A DNA stretch of 64,000 nt from Octopus vulgaris (Eukaryota). Below, piece by piece: positions 27,840 through 41,244 of this stretch. The stretch lies in the NCBI GenBank assembly GCA_951406725.2, contig OX597815.1:181598001-181662000 (forward strand). The letters are read 5' to 3'. The first letter of the stretch is position 1. Every line of letters starts with the position of its first letter. A program made the translations under genes and the position numbers. Below the pieces are notes generated by a model. That model saw only the letters and a program-made list of their open reading frames with translations, was not told the origin of the DNA and searched no databases.

Positions 27840-28243
27840 CTGTTGTGTGTTAAGTAGCTTGCTTACGAACCACATGGTTCCGGGTTCAGACTCACTGCGT
27901 TGCACCTTGGGCAAGTGTCTTCTACTATAGCCTCGGGCCAACCAAAGCCTTGTGTGCAGGTTTGGTAGACGGAACCTGAAAAAAGCCCGTCGTATATATG
28001 TGTATATATGTGTGTGTGTGTGCATATGTTTATGTGTCTGTGTCTGTCCTCCCCCCAACATCGCTTGACAACCGATGCTGGTGTGTTTACGTTCCCGTTA
28101 CATTAGTGGTTCGGCAAAAGAGACTGATAGAATAAGTACTAGGCTTACAAAGAATAAGTCCTGAGGTTGATTTGCTCGACTAAAGGCTGTGCTCCAGCAT
28201 GGCCACAGTCAAATGACTGAAACAAGTAAAAGAGTAAAAGAGT
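27840..28243 (+). mobile_element. SINE family B, near full length
   Basis: head, internal (TG)n, tail aagtaaaagagtaaaagagt. Confidence 0.9.
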
Positions 28244-29480
28244 ATGTTGTGAACTTCATTTGATATACTTTAAAACTGCTCCATATTAATTTCAAGCAAT
28301 AAGTACCATACCTAAATTTATACACTTCGAATACATAAAGGAAGAATTAAAATTCACCACACGTAAAGTTGGAATTATTTTTATAGAATCAACGAGGAAA
28401 ATATTGGCTGGATTCCACCAAGGTGTCACGACATGATAAGTGAAACATTATTTGGAATGTATATTATCCACTGGAAATTAAATTTTATCTCTTGATGGAA
28501 AATAATGGTTGTATAAAAATTAAAATAATGTTTTCCAATGGAGTGTGTGAGATTGAACCTACAATCTAAGAAGTTGCTTTTAAAACAGACTGTGGAGATA
28601 AATTCAGTATCTAGTAGATCTAGATGATTTTTGATCCGGGTGTTTTGGAGTATTTAAGTATTTCTTAGATTCCGATGCGTATGCATAATTATGATTTTGT
28701 AAATAACAGTTTACGTGGTTTGAATAGAAGCAAAATGTTGAAACAGGATTGGTTGAATGACTGAAGGCTTTGGTATATATAAATTGGATATTAACGTTGC
28801 AACTTCCTTATTCAGACAAAAAACGATCGGTGGCATCTTGCGAGATTTTATTTAATTTGTCTTTACCATTTATTTCATTAACCAGAGCTTGGCAACTTAT
28901 TTCCTGTTGCACTATTCAAGCAAAACCTATTTCACAAGAATTATCCTTCGTATTTTAACGTAAAGTAATACAAAGCAGTGAAAGATTTCTCCAATAAATG
29001 CTTTCACTATCTTGATGTTATTTATATTTCAGTAAAATTCATTGCAAATTATATTCACTGAGAAAATAACCTATTGAAAATAAATTACAAGTGATTGCAC
29101 TTGCAAAGGAAATAGGTTAACTTGTAACATCAAATGTTTCTTAAATGAGTGCCATGATTTTGGTAAGGGCTAAAAGGAAGTAGTTGATAGCAATACTTTA
29201 GTTTTACGAATTAAATCATTAACATTTGATGAAATTTAGTATTTTAAGTCCACTTTCTTAATAACAGTTGAATTTGAATCCAATGATAGGATACTCCTCT
29301 CTTCTTTGCTTTGTCAAAATAAGTTATTGTTAACCACATAAACGCAATATTCAAGAGAATTTGGCAGAATGGGAAACCGCAGAAGGCTAATAAAACTTAC
29401 GCTTATCAAATGTGCACTGAATCTATCTATCTATCTATCTATCAATTTATCTAGCTATCGATATCTCTGTTTCTCTCAAG

Positions 29481-29512
<32 letters not shown>

Positions 29513-29517
29513 ATATG

Positions 29518-29579
<62 letters not shown>

Positions 29580-29603
29580 TATATACATACATATATGTAC
29601 ATA

Positions 29604-29649
<46 letters not shown>

Positions 29650-29661
29650 TATATATATATA

Positions 29662-29845
29662 TTTTCCCCTCTGTCTTCCATTCTCTGGATCTTTCCTTCT
29701 CCTATGTTTCCGACGAAGAGCTCCGCTCGAAACGTTAAACCCCCCTTCTTTCCTTCTTTCCTGAGCGTCCAATAATACTATATTTGTTCCACGTCCACGC
29801 GTTGTTGTGTTTTTTTGTGCTTTCATGCTTGGATTAACTTTATAA
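29662..29845 (+). mobile_element. short HHR-containing repeat (PLE pLTR-like) adjoining (TA)n
   Basis: homologous to 38033-38210; carries a hammerhead motif. Confidence 0.7.
29706..29740 (+). ncRNA. minimal type I hammerhead (U4C core variant)
   Basis: GTTT-CCGACGA-A-GAGC(tcc)GCTC-GAAA-C-GTT-AAAC. Confidence 0.7.
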
Positions 29846-30154
29846 ATATATATGTATATATGGGTACAGGACATCAAAAAAACGTTGAACGCAATCAGAA
29901 ACGAGAACTTAAAAACAATATTGTTTAGCCTACTAGTATTGATAGTGATTGTCTTGAAGAACCTGAAGATAAGTGTTTTCGATGCTGAGTAAGTACTTAA
30001 TGTATGTATTCTGTTTCTAAAATGAAGCAAATTTTGCGATGACTTGAAGACAAGAGGAGACGTTCTCCTTGATCGCCGCATTATCACATGCAGCTCTTAC
30101 ACTGTTTAATGCCAGTTTCGTGTGCGCACAAAGGGCTTTTATTGTATTTGAAAG

Positions 30155-30499
<345 letters not shown>

Positions 30500-31237
30500 A
30501 ATTTGCAATGATTATTTTACGTAGAAAAGCCTCCCTGGTTTTATTAAAGAATCATGTATATCATTGCATAATACAGTTTGTGTGTTCATTCGTTTAAACA
30601 ACGAAAGAAACCAACTTTAAAATAACAGTGTAGCTTTATTCCTTCTTAAAGGTGTACAGTGGATCACAGCAAGAAACACTGCAAGTTCTGTTGGTCGTTA
30701 TTCATCCATCATTTTGATAATTCAGCTTGGATCATCATTGGTTGCATGGGCTTCGTTATGTGTCAATTCTCCTATGAAAACAGTAGGATCTGAAAAACTC
30801 GCTTCGGTGAAAACTCTCCCCCGCCCTTGAATCGTCAATAATTTGACGCACCAATTTATGGAAAAAAGAGGCTCCAGGACACATACGGGTTTAGTCGTTT
30901 CAAATATATTACTCAAAACGTGATTGGACCTTCGATCTAATTGCAACGCAACTATCCACAACACAGGGTTCAATAAGCGTCCAATAACTAATTTGATGGG
31001 TATTTTAATCAATCACAACACATTAGCGTGGTGAGAACTTATACAAACCGACTTAATGCTTTTGAAATATGCAATTCTACAAATTGGTCTTGCTACAGTG
31101 AGAAATTGGTCTCGCTACAAGTGTGAGAATTTCCATGAGAAGACATGATGTGGGATACAAACCAGATTTTTAGTTGCATCACAGTCCCAACCAGTCAAGA
31201 GATCAAATGATAGTGACAATGTCCAGTAGATTCTAAC

Positions 31238-31640
31238 GGTATTCTAACGTTTCTGCCAGCTCGCCACCTTCTTAAAAATATTCGTTTCTACTCTAGGCAC
31301 AAGGCCCGAAATTTTTGTGGAGGGGGGGCCAGTTGATTAGATAAACCCCAGAATGCAACTGGCACTTATTTAATCGACCCCGAAAGGATGAAAGGCAAAG
31401 TCGACCTCGGCGGAATTTGAACTCAGAACGTAAAGACAGACAAAATACTTATTTCTTTATTACCCACAAGGGGCTAAACATAGAAGGGACAAACAAGGAC
31501 AGACATAGGTATTAAGTCGATTACATCGACCCCAGTGCATAACTGGTACTTAATTTATCGACCCCGAAAGGATGAAAGGCAAAGTCGACCTCGCTAAGGA
31601 TTTCGCTCGGTGTTCTAATGTTTCTGCCAGCTTGCCGCCT
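31238..31640 (-). mobile_element. SINE family A composite
   Basis: two bodies and two head fragments in reverse orientation. Confidence 0.85.
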
Positions 31641-31795
31641 TGACAACGCCCAGTCGATTGAAGACAAACCTGGACGAGTCGAAGAAAGGGCGCGTAGGGA
31701 ATAGTACCAGATGATTGGAGGTAAATCTCTGAGTCAGATTTACGTGAAATAAATCTCAAAGAAAGTTTCGACGAGAGAATCCAAAGAGTGAGGTG

Positions 31796-32057
31796 CAGTA
31801 ATCCCTCGACTACCGCAAGTATTACCTTGTAAAACATCCCACAGAAATAAAACCTAAAAAAATATAAATACCTATTGGCCGCAGAAGACTGTGATATACT
31901 GAGGAGTCCGCGATATAAATTTACATACATTAGTCAGAAAAATCCGTGATGTACTTAGTGCGCGATAGGTGAACCGCGATGTACCGTGTGCACGATAGGT
32001 GAACCGCGATGTACCGAGTGCGCGATAGGCGAACCGCGATATGGCGAAGCGTTACTG
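31796..32057. mobile_element. Tigger/pogo-like MITE with three internal 30-bp tandem repeats
   Basis: imperfect TIRs cagtaatccctcgactaccgc / gcgatatggcgaagcgttactg followed by TA; unit gtaccgagtgcgcgataggtgaaccgcgat x3 at 31951-32040. Confidence 0.7.
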
Positions 32058-32069
32058 TATTCCAAACTG

Positions 32070-33819
32070 GATGGTTTTCACAGCTAATGTGACAGATTCT
32101 AAGTTGTGGTTCGACCATCAAGAAATAGCAGTCAAATTTTACTCAAATTACACGCTTCCATTAAACAAAATGCAGGAGTATATTAGACCATTTAGTTCTA
32201 GATAGACAGGATAAATGCTGTTGAAATAGTTTTAACTATAGATTTCTTTATTGCCCACAAGGGGCTACACATAGAGAGGACAAACAAGGACAGACAAACA
32301 AGGACAGACAAACGGATTAAGTCGATTACATAGATCCCAGTGTGTAACTGGTACTTTATCGACCCCGAAAGGATGAAAGGCAAAGTCGACCTCGGTGGAA
32401 TTTGAACTCAGAACGTAACGGCAGACGAAATACCTATTTCTTTATTACCCAGAAGGGGCTAAACACAGAGGGGACAAACAAGGACAGATACACGGATTAA
32501 GTCGATTATATCAACCCCAGTGCGCAACTGGTACTTAAAAGGATGAAAGGCAAAGTCGACTTCGGCGGAATTTGAACTCAGAACGTAACGGCAGACGAAA
32601 TACCTATTTCTTTATTACCCACAAGGGGCTAAACACAGAGGGGACAAACAAGGACAGACATAAGTATTAAGTCGATTACATCGACTCCAGTGCGTAACTG
32701 GTACTTAATTTATCGACCCCGAAAGGATGAAAGGCAAAGTCGCCCTCGGCGGAATTTGAACCCAGAACGTAACGGCAGACGAAATACGGCTACGTATTTC
32801 GCCCGGCGTGCTAACGTTTCTGCCAGCTCGCCGCCTTAATAGTTTTAACTCTAGATCTGCTCCAAAACGATAAACAACACTAAAGCATAACAACAACAAC
32901 AATTAGTCATTTTACTATATTTTATATTGTATCCACGGAGCAAGCAAGCATCTCTATACCTAAGCCATCCTTTAATAAAGTTTGTTTTTTGCGCAGGTCA
33001 GCTTTAAAAACACAAACTTATGATCAAAATTATTCGAGTTTTTTTTCTTTTCAGGAAGAGTGTATCTGGGAATGTATTTGCAAATTGTCGGCTGAAAGTA
33101 AAAGTGCCATGGTTAAAATTTCTGAAAGCATTTTAAGAAATGAAAGACAGCCGTTAAAGGTGGGCTGTGAAAATGTAAAAGGTGGGAGGATCATCATCAT
33201 AATCATCATCACCACCAACACACACCACCACTACTTTGATCATCGTCGTCGTCGTCATCAATTGCCGTCCGGTTTCCATGGCTGCATAGGTTGAATGGAT
33301 CATCTCCAGTACAATACTCGATCATTTGTCAAGGACATATGCGGCAGACAGAGTCTCTGAGCTTCCATACCTTTCTCCTCCTAATCACCTTTGGGCCACC
33401 GAGCTTCAAACACTTTCAAATGAACAGCTGCTAACTTCAGTAGTTGCTCTATATGTTGGCCCCTACTTGGGGAAGGCTCCTTATTCTCTCACACAATCTT
33501 GTCATTCTGAAATCTGTTTCAGTAAGATTTCCCTGTCTCTTTATTTCTGACACTGGTAGTAGTAAGTGTTCTGCATCCTTTCTGCAAATACTTTCTCCTC
33601 TCAAATCACTAGTTGTTGTTATGGTTTAGTGTTGTTTATCGTTTTGGGGCAGATCTATAGTTAAAACTATTTCAACAGCATTTATCCTGTCTGCCTGTCT
33701 ACCTAGAACTATATGGTCTATTGTTTAATGGAAGCGTGTAATTTGAGTAAAATTTGACTGCTATTTCTTGACGGTCGAACAACAACTTAGAATCTGTCAC
33801 ATTAGCTGTTAAAACCATC
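32070..33819. repeat. inverted duplication (~210-230 bp); left arm 32070-32900 is split by a SINE, right arm 33612-33819
   Basis: gatggttttcacagctaatgtgacagattctaag... versus ...cttagaatctgtcacattagctgttaaaaccatc. Confidence 0.9.
32244..32837 (-). mobile_element. SINE family A trimer with 19-bp TSD
   Basis: one head + three bodies; TSD aatagttttaact(a/c)tagat at 32225-32243 and 32838-32856. Confidence 0.93.
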
Positions 33820-34322
33820 GATATTTGTAATAAATGAATGCTATCCTTTTAAAAAAATTTTTTTAGTGATACTGAAAAAAAAAATTGAAATTAGCTCAAC
33901 ATTTTAGTAAATTATGTTTTTGGGGAAAAATTTTCTGAAAACTTTCAAATATCGATCACTGTACGCAACTAATTACCAAGAAAGAGAAGATGCAAATTTG
34001 AATATCAGTTTTAAGACTTAATTGAAGGAAATTAATATGTTTGTGTTTCATTTATCTGAAAATTAAAGGCAGCAAATATACACATACATACAAGGTAAAA
34101 TATCGATATATTATCTTTTATAGCTAGTAGACATGTTTTTTTACAAAGACTAACACATATAAATGTTATGTTTTATATGAATATATCTGTGTGCATCTAT
34201 GTATCTGTGTGTGCATATATGTGCGAGTGTATGGAACAGCTGTTAATTCTTTATGCCTGAATGAGTAAGTATGTTTGTTTATTTGTTTGTGTATGCCCGA
34301 TCGCCACCACCACCACCACTAC

Positions 34323-34640
34323 CATCATCATCATCATTTAACGTCCGTTTTCCATGCTGGCAAGGGTTAGACGGTTTGACAGGAACTGGCAAAGCCAGGA
34401 GCTGCATCAGTTCCCATAGTCAGTTTTAGCTTGACCCTTACAGCTGGATTTCCTTCCTAACGCCAACCACTTTGCGGAGTGTACTGGGTGCCTTTTACGT
34501 GGCACCATTACCAGTGCTTTTTATGTGACACCATTACCAGTGCTTTTTATGTGGCACAATCACCAGTACTTTTTATGTGGCACCATTACCAGTGCTTTTT
34601 ATGTGGCACCATCACCAGGGTCTTTTTACGTGGTACAGCA
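34323..34640 (-). mobile_element. family E copy containing a 26-bp tandem array
   Basis: catcatcatttaacgtccgttttccatgc tail; unit gtggcaccattaccagtgctttttat about x5 from ~34499. Confidence 0.8.
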
Positions 34641-34991
34641 TCAGTGCCCTTCATTGTCAAACAAGTGGTTTTAGGATACCAATTCTGTTCTGGTCTTTTG
34701 AAGTGATCTGTTCATTTTGAATACAGCAGAGTGCCATATACTTGGGTCCTTTGTCATCTCCTTCGTAATGCTCGGCGTTTCAACATCAGCCTTCACTACT
34801 TCCTGGATTTCCCTCTTCTGCAACTTCCATCCATTTTAATTGATCGGTACCTTTCGATATTTTTAAATGCAGCATTTATGTGTATAAGTAGGAAAAAGAG
34901 AGAAAGAAAACCAAAAAAACAAGTGAGCAAACAAATAAACAACACATCTAAAACACTACAAAAATGTCAATGATTTATAAAAAGAAATGTC

Positions 34992-35390
34992 AGGCGCAGG
35001 AGTGGCTGTGTGGTAAGTAGCTTGCTAACCAGCCACATGGTTCCGGGTTCAGTCCCACTGTGTGGCATCTTGGGCAAGTATCTTCTACTAACTAAATCCT
35101 TGTGAGTGGATTTGGTAGACTGAAAGAAGCCTGTTGTATATATGTATATATATATATGTGTGTATGTATGTGTGTTTGTGTGTTTGTGTTTGTCTCCCTA
35201 GCATTGCTTGACCACTGATGCTGGTGTGTTTACGTCCCTGTCACTTAGCGGTTCGGCAAAAGAGACCGATAGAATAAGTACTGGGCTTACAAAGAATAAG
35301 TCCCGGGGTCGATTTGTTCGACTAAAGGCGGTGCCCCAGCATGGCCACAGTCAAATGACTGAAAAAAGTAAAAAAGAGTAAAGAGAGAGT
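34992..35390 (+). mobile_element. SINE family B
   Basis: ggcgcaggagtggctgtgtggtaagtagc head through aaagagtaaaagagagagt tail. Confidence 0.9.
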
Positions 35391-35729
35391 AATGCCTTTT
35401 CTCAAGCATTTTGTGAAAACTAGTGTCATTGAGGATTTGGGCTTTGTTAGTCTGTCTCTGGCTCATCGCACTAGAGAAAGTGACAAGAGAATGTCTATGC
35501 AACCTGAAGAGTAAATACTACAAAGAGTTTTGTTCAACAACACTAGTTTATGCATGGCTCCTTTGTAAATGTGTCTTTTACCATCACACACACACATTTC
35601 TAAAATGCATCAGGTATGAAACTTTTAAGCATGAATTTAACAAAGTGCTCAATAGAGTGAGCTTAGCCTAACTATCAACTTGAGGCTATGTCAGAAGACA
35701 TTTGCCCAAGTTGACACATATTTCTGCAT

Positions 35730-36140
35730 GTAAGCATATAGGTATGTAAATAAACAGATCAATATACAGACGGATAGGTATATAGGCTATATGAACAGAC
35801 ACATATGGAGACACGGATCCACACATATAAAGATGCACATCCATACATACAAACATGGTACAAAGTTGCATAACACACACATGCACACAGACATGCACAC
35901 ACAAGGAGACAGAGGTGCATACATATACAAACACATGCTCACACACATACATAGAAAACACACAAACACGGACATGCAAGCACATAAATATGCAGGGTAC
36001 ATACATACAGATGCACACACATACATACATATATACATATGCATACACACACATATATACATACACATGCAAACACACACATACATATATACATACAAGC
36101 ATGCATGTATAGGCACACACACATGCGCACAAACAAACAA
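35730..36140. repeat. degenerate (CA/TA)n low-complexity tract
   Basis: direct reading. Confidence 0.85.
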
Positions 36141-37239
36141 TCAAAAGGGAATGCAGTGTAAATAATGGACAGAGTCAAGACTATTGAAAAGGTTGCAAGA
36201 CGCAACGAAAATTTTAGGACAATAAAAATTAGAAAAACATGGAAATTTTACCGGTGAATGTGTTACATAATAAGGCACAAAAAGAAAATTACTCTCCCCA
36301 GACACAACAGAATAAAATACTGCAAAACTTTTGGCTCAACACAATTCCCTGCTGTATATTTGAGTATTTTTCCACAACTTCCTACAGACCAGCAGCGGTT
36401 TCAAATGCAGCGCCAGAAATTTTACTAAGACATTCATTACTAATAGCATTCTTCACAAGAGTCAGCTATACACAGTTCACAATTCCTTATTATTTAGAAA
36501 TTGGTTAACAGAGCTAATGAGAGTCATGTCAAGACACCAGACACTACACAAAGAGTATGAGATTATTTTGCATAAAAGATGCTATAAAATAATGACAGAT
36601 GTCTACTTTCTGTAATCTATTCATTCGCAGAGAACAGATAAGCATGATTTATGGCGATTTCAATGACAACGAAGCAGATGATGGTAGAAAGATAACAAAG
36701 TTTAGCATCAAAATATTATAGAAAATACCATGTAAGTATTATATAATTCAAAGAAGCAGAAACTTTACCAATTTCTCATGGTACAAAAGTTGCGAAATGT
36801 CTTGACACCTATTTTGAGTTTGAGAAAGAAATATGAAAGTAAAATTAAGATATTTAAAAACATTTGAACTGAGGTCAAACTAATTCATACACACACAAAC
36901 ACACACACTCTCAAGTACTCACACACACATACATAATAACATGCAAACCTAAACTCTCTTTCTTTTTCACACACACACACACATTTATGTCTTAAGACAA
37001 CAACTTAGTAGAATCATTAGCACATGGGACAACAATGCTTAGCACCATCTCTTCCAGCTCTTTATGCACAGAGTTCAAATTCTATCGTGGTCACTTTTGC
37101 TTTTCGTTCTTTTATGGTCAAAGTACTGGTGGTCAATGTATTCAACTAACGCAACCCCTAAAATTGCTGGCCTTGTGTCAAAAAGGAATAGATAAAAGCA
37201 TTTAATTGAAAGAAATATATATAAAAAGAAACAACAACA

Positions 37240-37297
<58 letters not shown>

Positions 37298-37349
37298 CAT
37301 GCATATGCATACATACACATGTTAATATACAGATATGCCCGCGGCTAAT

Positions 37350-37411
37350 GGAGTCTGATGAATCGTCTATAAAGCTAAGTGCTTTATGGATGTGAAACCA
37401 TTGGTCAGTCT
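37350..37411 (+). ncRNA. type I hammerhead ribozyme with long helix II
   Basis: GGAGT-CTGATGA-a-tcgtctataaagc(taagt)gctttatggatgt-GAAA-CC(att)GGTC-AGTCT; GUC triplet; one mismatch in helix I. Confidence 0.72.
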
Positions 37412-38074
37412 ATGACCGGACATGTATTTAACTTCAGGTAAATACATTACTGCTCTATCCTGTAGAGAGTGCTCCCTTTTTGTACATAGGATCCACTGAT
37501 GATATATATATATGTATATGTATATATATCTGACATAAATCAATTTATCACCACCAACAAGAACTTAACTGTCAATCCCCACTTGATTTAATTCTAAGGG
37601 CTTGTAGACTATGTGTTGCATTGAGTCTTTTGAATGTGATATTCATTTTGAAAAATGAATATCATCATTCCACTTTCTTGACCCACCATTATTTTCTTCT
37701 GCCACTCTAAACTATAATAGGCTTAAAGTATTTTTTTCCCCTTAAATTCATTCTGCCACAAAAATAGCAAAGAGATTCAATCTGATAATCTTAGTCTCTA
37801 GTACTGATGAAAAATTTACTAAGAAATATAATGGTGTACCTCGTATGTTGGAAATCTATATGGTCGTCTGCTTCCAAGGAGAGCGGTTTATTTCAAATTG
37901 ACGTAATGTTTTCATTGACTGATTAAATGAAGCTGCTTGAAACGGCCACAATGCACTGATACCTGGACATTTTACTTATTTGCTGTCTGTGTCTGTCTAT
38001 ATGTATGTATGTAACTGTGTGTGTATTATTGGTGATTTTCTTCCTCTGTCTTCCCTTCCCTTGGACTTTCCTCT

Positions 38075-38109
38075 ATTTCTGACGAAGAGCTTAGCTTGAA
38101 ACGTTAAAT
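38075..38109 (+). ncRNA. minimal type I hammerhead (intact core)
   Basis: ATTT-CTGACGA-A-GAGC(tta)GCTT-GAAA-C-GTT-AAAT; helix I covaries with the 29706 copy. Confidence 0.78.
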
Positions 38110-38313
38110 CCTCTTTCCTTCCTTTCCTGAGTGTCTGATAATACAGAACTTGTACCACGTCCTCGAGTTAGTTTTTTATTGTTTGTTCTTCTTTGTTTGG
38201 ATTCACTATATATATATATATATTGTGCTTGAGGAGACGATTCATCAGACTCGAATAGCCACGAGCATATCTGTATATTAACATGTGTATGTATGCATAT
38301 GCATGTGTATATA

Positions 38314-38359
<46 letters not shown>

Positions 38360-38394
38360 TGTTGTTGTTTCTTTTTATATATATTTCTTTTGAG

Positions 38395-38697
38395 TCAAGT
38401 ACATCAACATCAAAAAATCAAATGGAAATTGTAGTTGTGATACCAGTGCTAGTGACACGTAAAATGCACCATCCGAACATGGCTGATGCCAGCGCCGCCT
38501 TGACTGGCTTCCGTGCCGGTGGCACATAAAATGCACCAACTACACTCACGGAGTGGTTGGCGTGAGGAAAGGCATCCAGCTGTAGAAACACTGCAAGATC
38601 AAACTAGAGCCTGGTGCAGCCTCCTGGCTTCCCAGACCCCGGTCAAACCGTCCAACCCATGGTAGCATGGAAAACGGACGTTAAACAATGATGATGG
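38395..38697 (+). mobile_element. family E element
   Basis: ggcatccagctgtagaaacactgc...ggacgttaaacaatgatgatg. Confidence 0.85.
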
Positions 38698-38751
38698 TAT
38701 ATATATACATACACATATATATATATACATGTATATATATATACATATATA

Positions 38752-39190
38752 TCATCATCATCATCATCATCGTTTAACGTCCGTTCTCCATGCTAACATG
38801 GGTTGGACAGTTCGACCGGGAATCTGGGAAGCCAGAAGGCTGCACCAGGCTCCGGTCTTATCTGGCAAAGTTTCTACAGCTGGATGCCCTTCCTAATGCC
38901 AACCACTCTGTGAGTGTAGTGGGTGCTTTTTATGTGCCACCTGCACTGGTGCCAGGCCAGGCTGGTATCGGCCACGGTCGGATTGGTGCATTTTATGTGC
39001 CACCTGCACGGAAGCCAGTCGAGGTGGCACTGGCTTCGGCCACGATTCGGATAGTGTTTTTACGTGCCACCAACACGGAAGCCAGTCGAGGCGGCGCTGG
39101 CAACGGCCACGATTCAGATAGTGCTTTTTACGTATCTCCAGTCCAGGGGTCCTGGCATTTGCCGGGTGCCTGGCAACTGCCGGGTGCCTC
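38752..39190 (-). mobile_element. family E element, tail-to-tail with 38395-38697
   Basis: reverse complement copy with several 5' tandem units. Confidence 0.85.
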
Positions 39191-40336
39191 ATATATTTCT
39201 ATGTATATCTATATTTAATGCATATACATATATCCATGTATGCATGTGTGTAAAAGCATTATATGCATGTTTCTTTACCAAACACACATAAATACAACAG
39301 CACACACATATATATATATATCTCTACAACATGGCCCCTCAACATGCCCATCACTTGTGGCTGTGTGTATTGTGTATAAACATTAATCTACCAGCTCTGC
39401 AAACTTCATTTCCCTTTAAACTCATTGATTTTTCCATGCATTGGAAGTAATTGATATCACTTGAGAATTTAATTTCTTCATATTTTTCATCCTCCTTAAA
39501 AGAATGTGATAATTATAAAATGATAATATAGCTGATACTTTTATCATGATAATAATGTTGTGTGTTTACTAACAAAGGAAACTGTTTCATATTTCAATTA
39601 GAACCAAAAACAAAAATTAAAATATCTAAGAATCAAAGCGAAGAGAAATTGCATCATTATTGAATATAAATAGGAATTTACGTAAGTTTTCATAATTCCC
39701 TTTAAGTTTTTGTTTTTTAATCAAAAATTCCTTTCAACATTTCGCATTGTTTCCAAATCAATAGCTCGCTTCTTTTATTTGCTAATGATATCTATACATA
39801 CATATACGTTTTGATAATTATATAGCAGTTGATGAGTGGCAAGTTTGCAGATGCAATAATGCTAGACGAAATACCTTGCCCTGTATAAGTTTAAAGTCTG
39901 CTAGAACCAGATTTGATTTAATTCACTGTTTCTTTCCTTACATAACTTTCCATTGTGATTAGAAAAAGGGAATCAATAATTGTACATTAGTTTAGGAGGA
40001 AGGAATTGGCAGAGAAAACTAAAATGCCTGATTAAGAGTATTTTCGTATTTAGTTTCATCTTTCTATGTTCTGGGTTCTAATCACATCAAGAGTTGTTTT
40101 GACTTTCACCACACTTTGAAGTCAAATTTTGTCAATAGTGGAATGGAATAATTTTGGTGAGAGGACATATTCACATATAGCTGATAATTTTATTCTGATA
40201 GTAACATCGTGTGTTGTCTTTAATTCTCCAGCATCTGTCTGTTTGAAACCTAATCAAAGTAAATTAGTTATTATGTATTAACATAATAGCCAGTGAAGAA
40301 GCCTTTAAAAATCATTAGACCTCCAAGAAATAGAGA

Positions 40337-40581
40337 ACAAATCTTCCTCAAACCTCACTTTACCATTTTATGAAGAGAAAGGCAAACAAATCTTCCTCAA
40401 GCCTCACCTTGCCATTTTATGGAGAGGGAAGGCAAACAAATCTCCCTCAAGCCTCACCTTACCATTTTATAAAGAGGAAGGCAAACAAATCTCCCTCAAA
40501 CCTCACCTTACCATTTTATAAAGAGGAAGGCAAACAAATCTTCCTCAAATCTCACCTTACCCTTTTATGAAGAGTAAGGCA
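40337..40581. repeat. 49-50 bp minisatellite, 5 copies
   Basis: unit acaaatcttcctcaagcctcaccttaccattttataaagaggaaggcaa. Confidence 0.93.
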
Positions 40582-40917
40582 TGTTATGGATATACTGACT
40601 GAATAAAGACCACAATAATTTTGGTCTGAATGTATTTGAGCATATATTTGCTCAGTCTGGTTATCCAGAGACTAAAACAAACCAACAATAACAACAATAA
40701 ACACTGTTCTGCAATTAGCTGTTCAATATTTATCGGTATATCTATAGCACCAACATCATAATTTGTTTCAGTTTGCACTATCTTTGCTTTACTTCAAAAA
40801 TTTCGCCTGGTGGCTTACACTCTCTAAGCTAAAAATATTGTTTCTACAGTTCTATATTTAAGGGGCAACTACATTATTTACATTTAATGGATATTTGTCT
40901 TCATTTTGTTTGTTGTT

Positions 40918-40963
40918 AACACAACGTTTCAGCTGGTGTACTCTCCAGCCTTCATCAGATATC
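40918..40963 (-). ncRNA. minimal type I hammerhead (intact core, wobble helix I)
   Basis: minus: GATAT-CTGATGA-A-GGCTGG(agagtaca)CCAGCT-GAAA-C-GTT-GTGTT. Confidence 0.75.
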
Positions 40964-41068
40964 TTGGGGAAATTTCGAACCTGGGTTCTCATTCCTAAGG
41001 TATTTTTCGATGTTATTATTATAGTTCTATATTCAAGAGATGAGGAAGTATGAACATTATTTCCCTGA

Positions 41069-41114
41069 GACACCTGATGAAGGCTGGAGTGTATATCAGC
41101 TGAAACGTTGTGTT
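41069..41114 (+). ncRNA. minimal type I hammerhead (intact core)
   Basis: GACAC-CTGATGA-A-GGCTG(gagtgtatat)CAGCT-GAAA-C-GTT-GTGTT. Confidence 0.82.
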
Positions 41115-41187
41115 AATAACAAACAAGATGAGGGCAAATATCCATCAAATGTAAATAATGTCATTATTATCATTATTATCATTATCA

Positions 41188-41244
<57 letters not shown>

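Larger units (their letters stand above)
37209..38390. repeat. inverted repeat, ~160-bp arms (37209-37368 / 38235-38390)
   Basis: aaagaaatatatataaaaagaaacaacaac...gagtctgatgaatcgtct and its reverse complement. Confidence 0.9.

Noticed and set aside
34499-34635. Short direct repeats as a possible CRISPR array (also 31951-32040 and 40337-40581)
   Set aside because: Units are contiguous with no unique spacers, there are no cas genes, and the context is eukaryotic.
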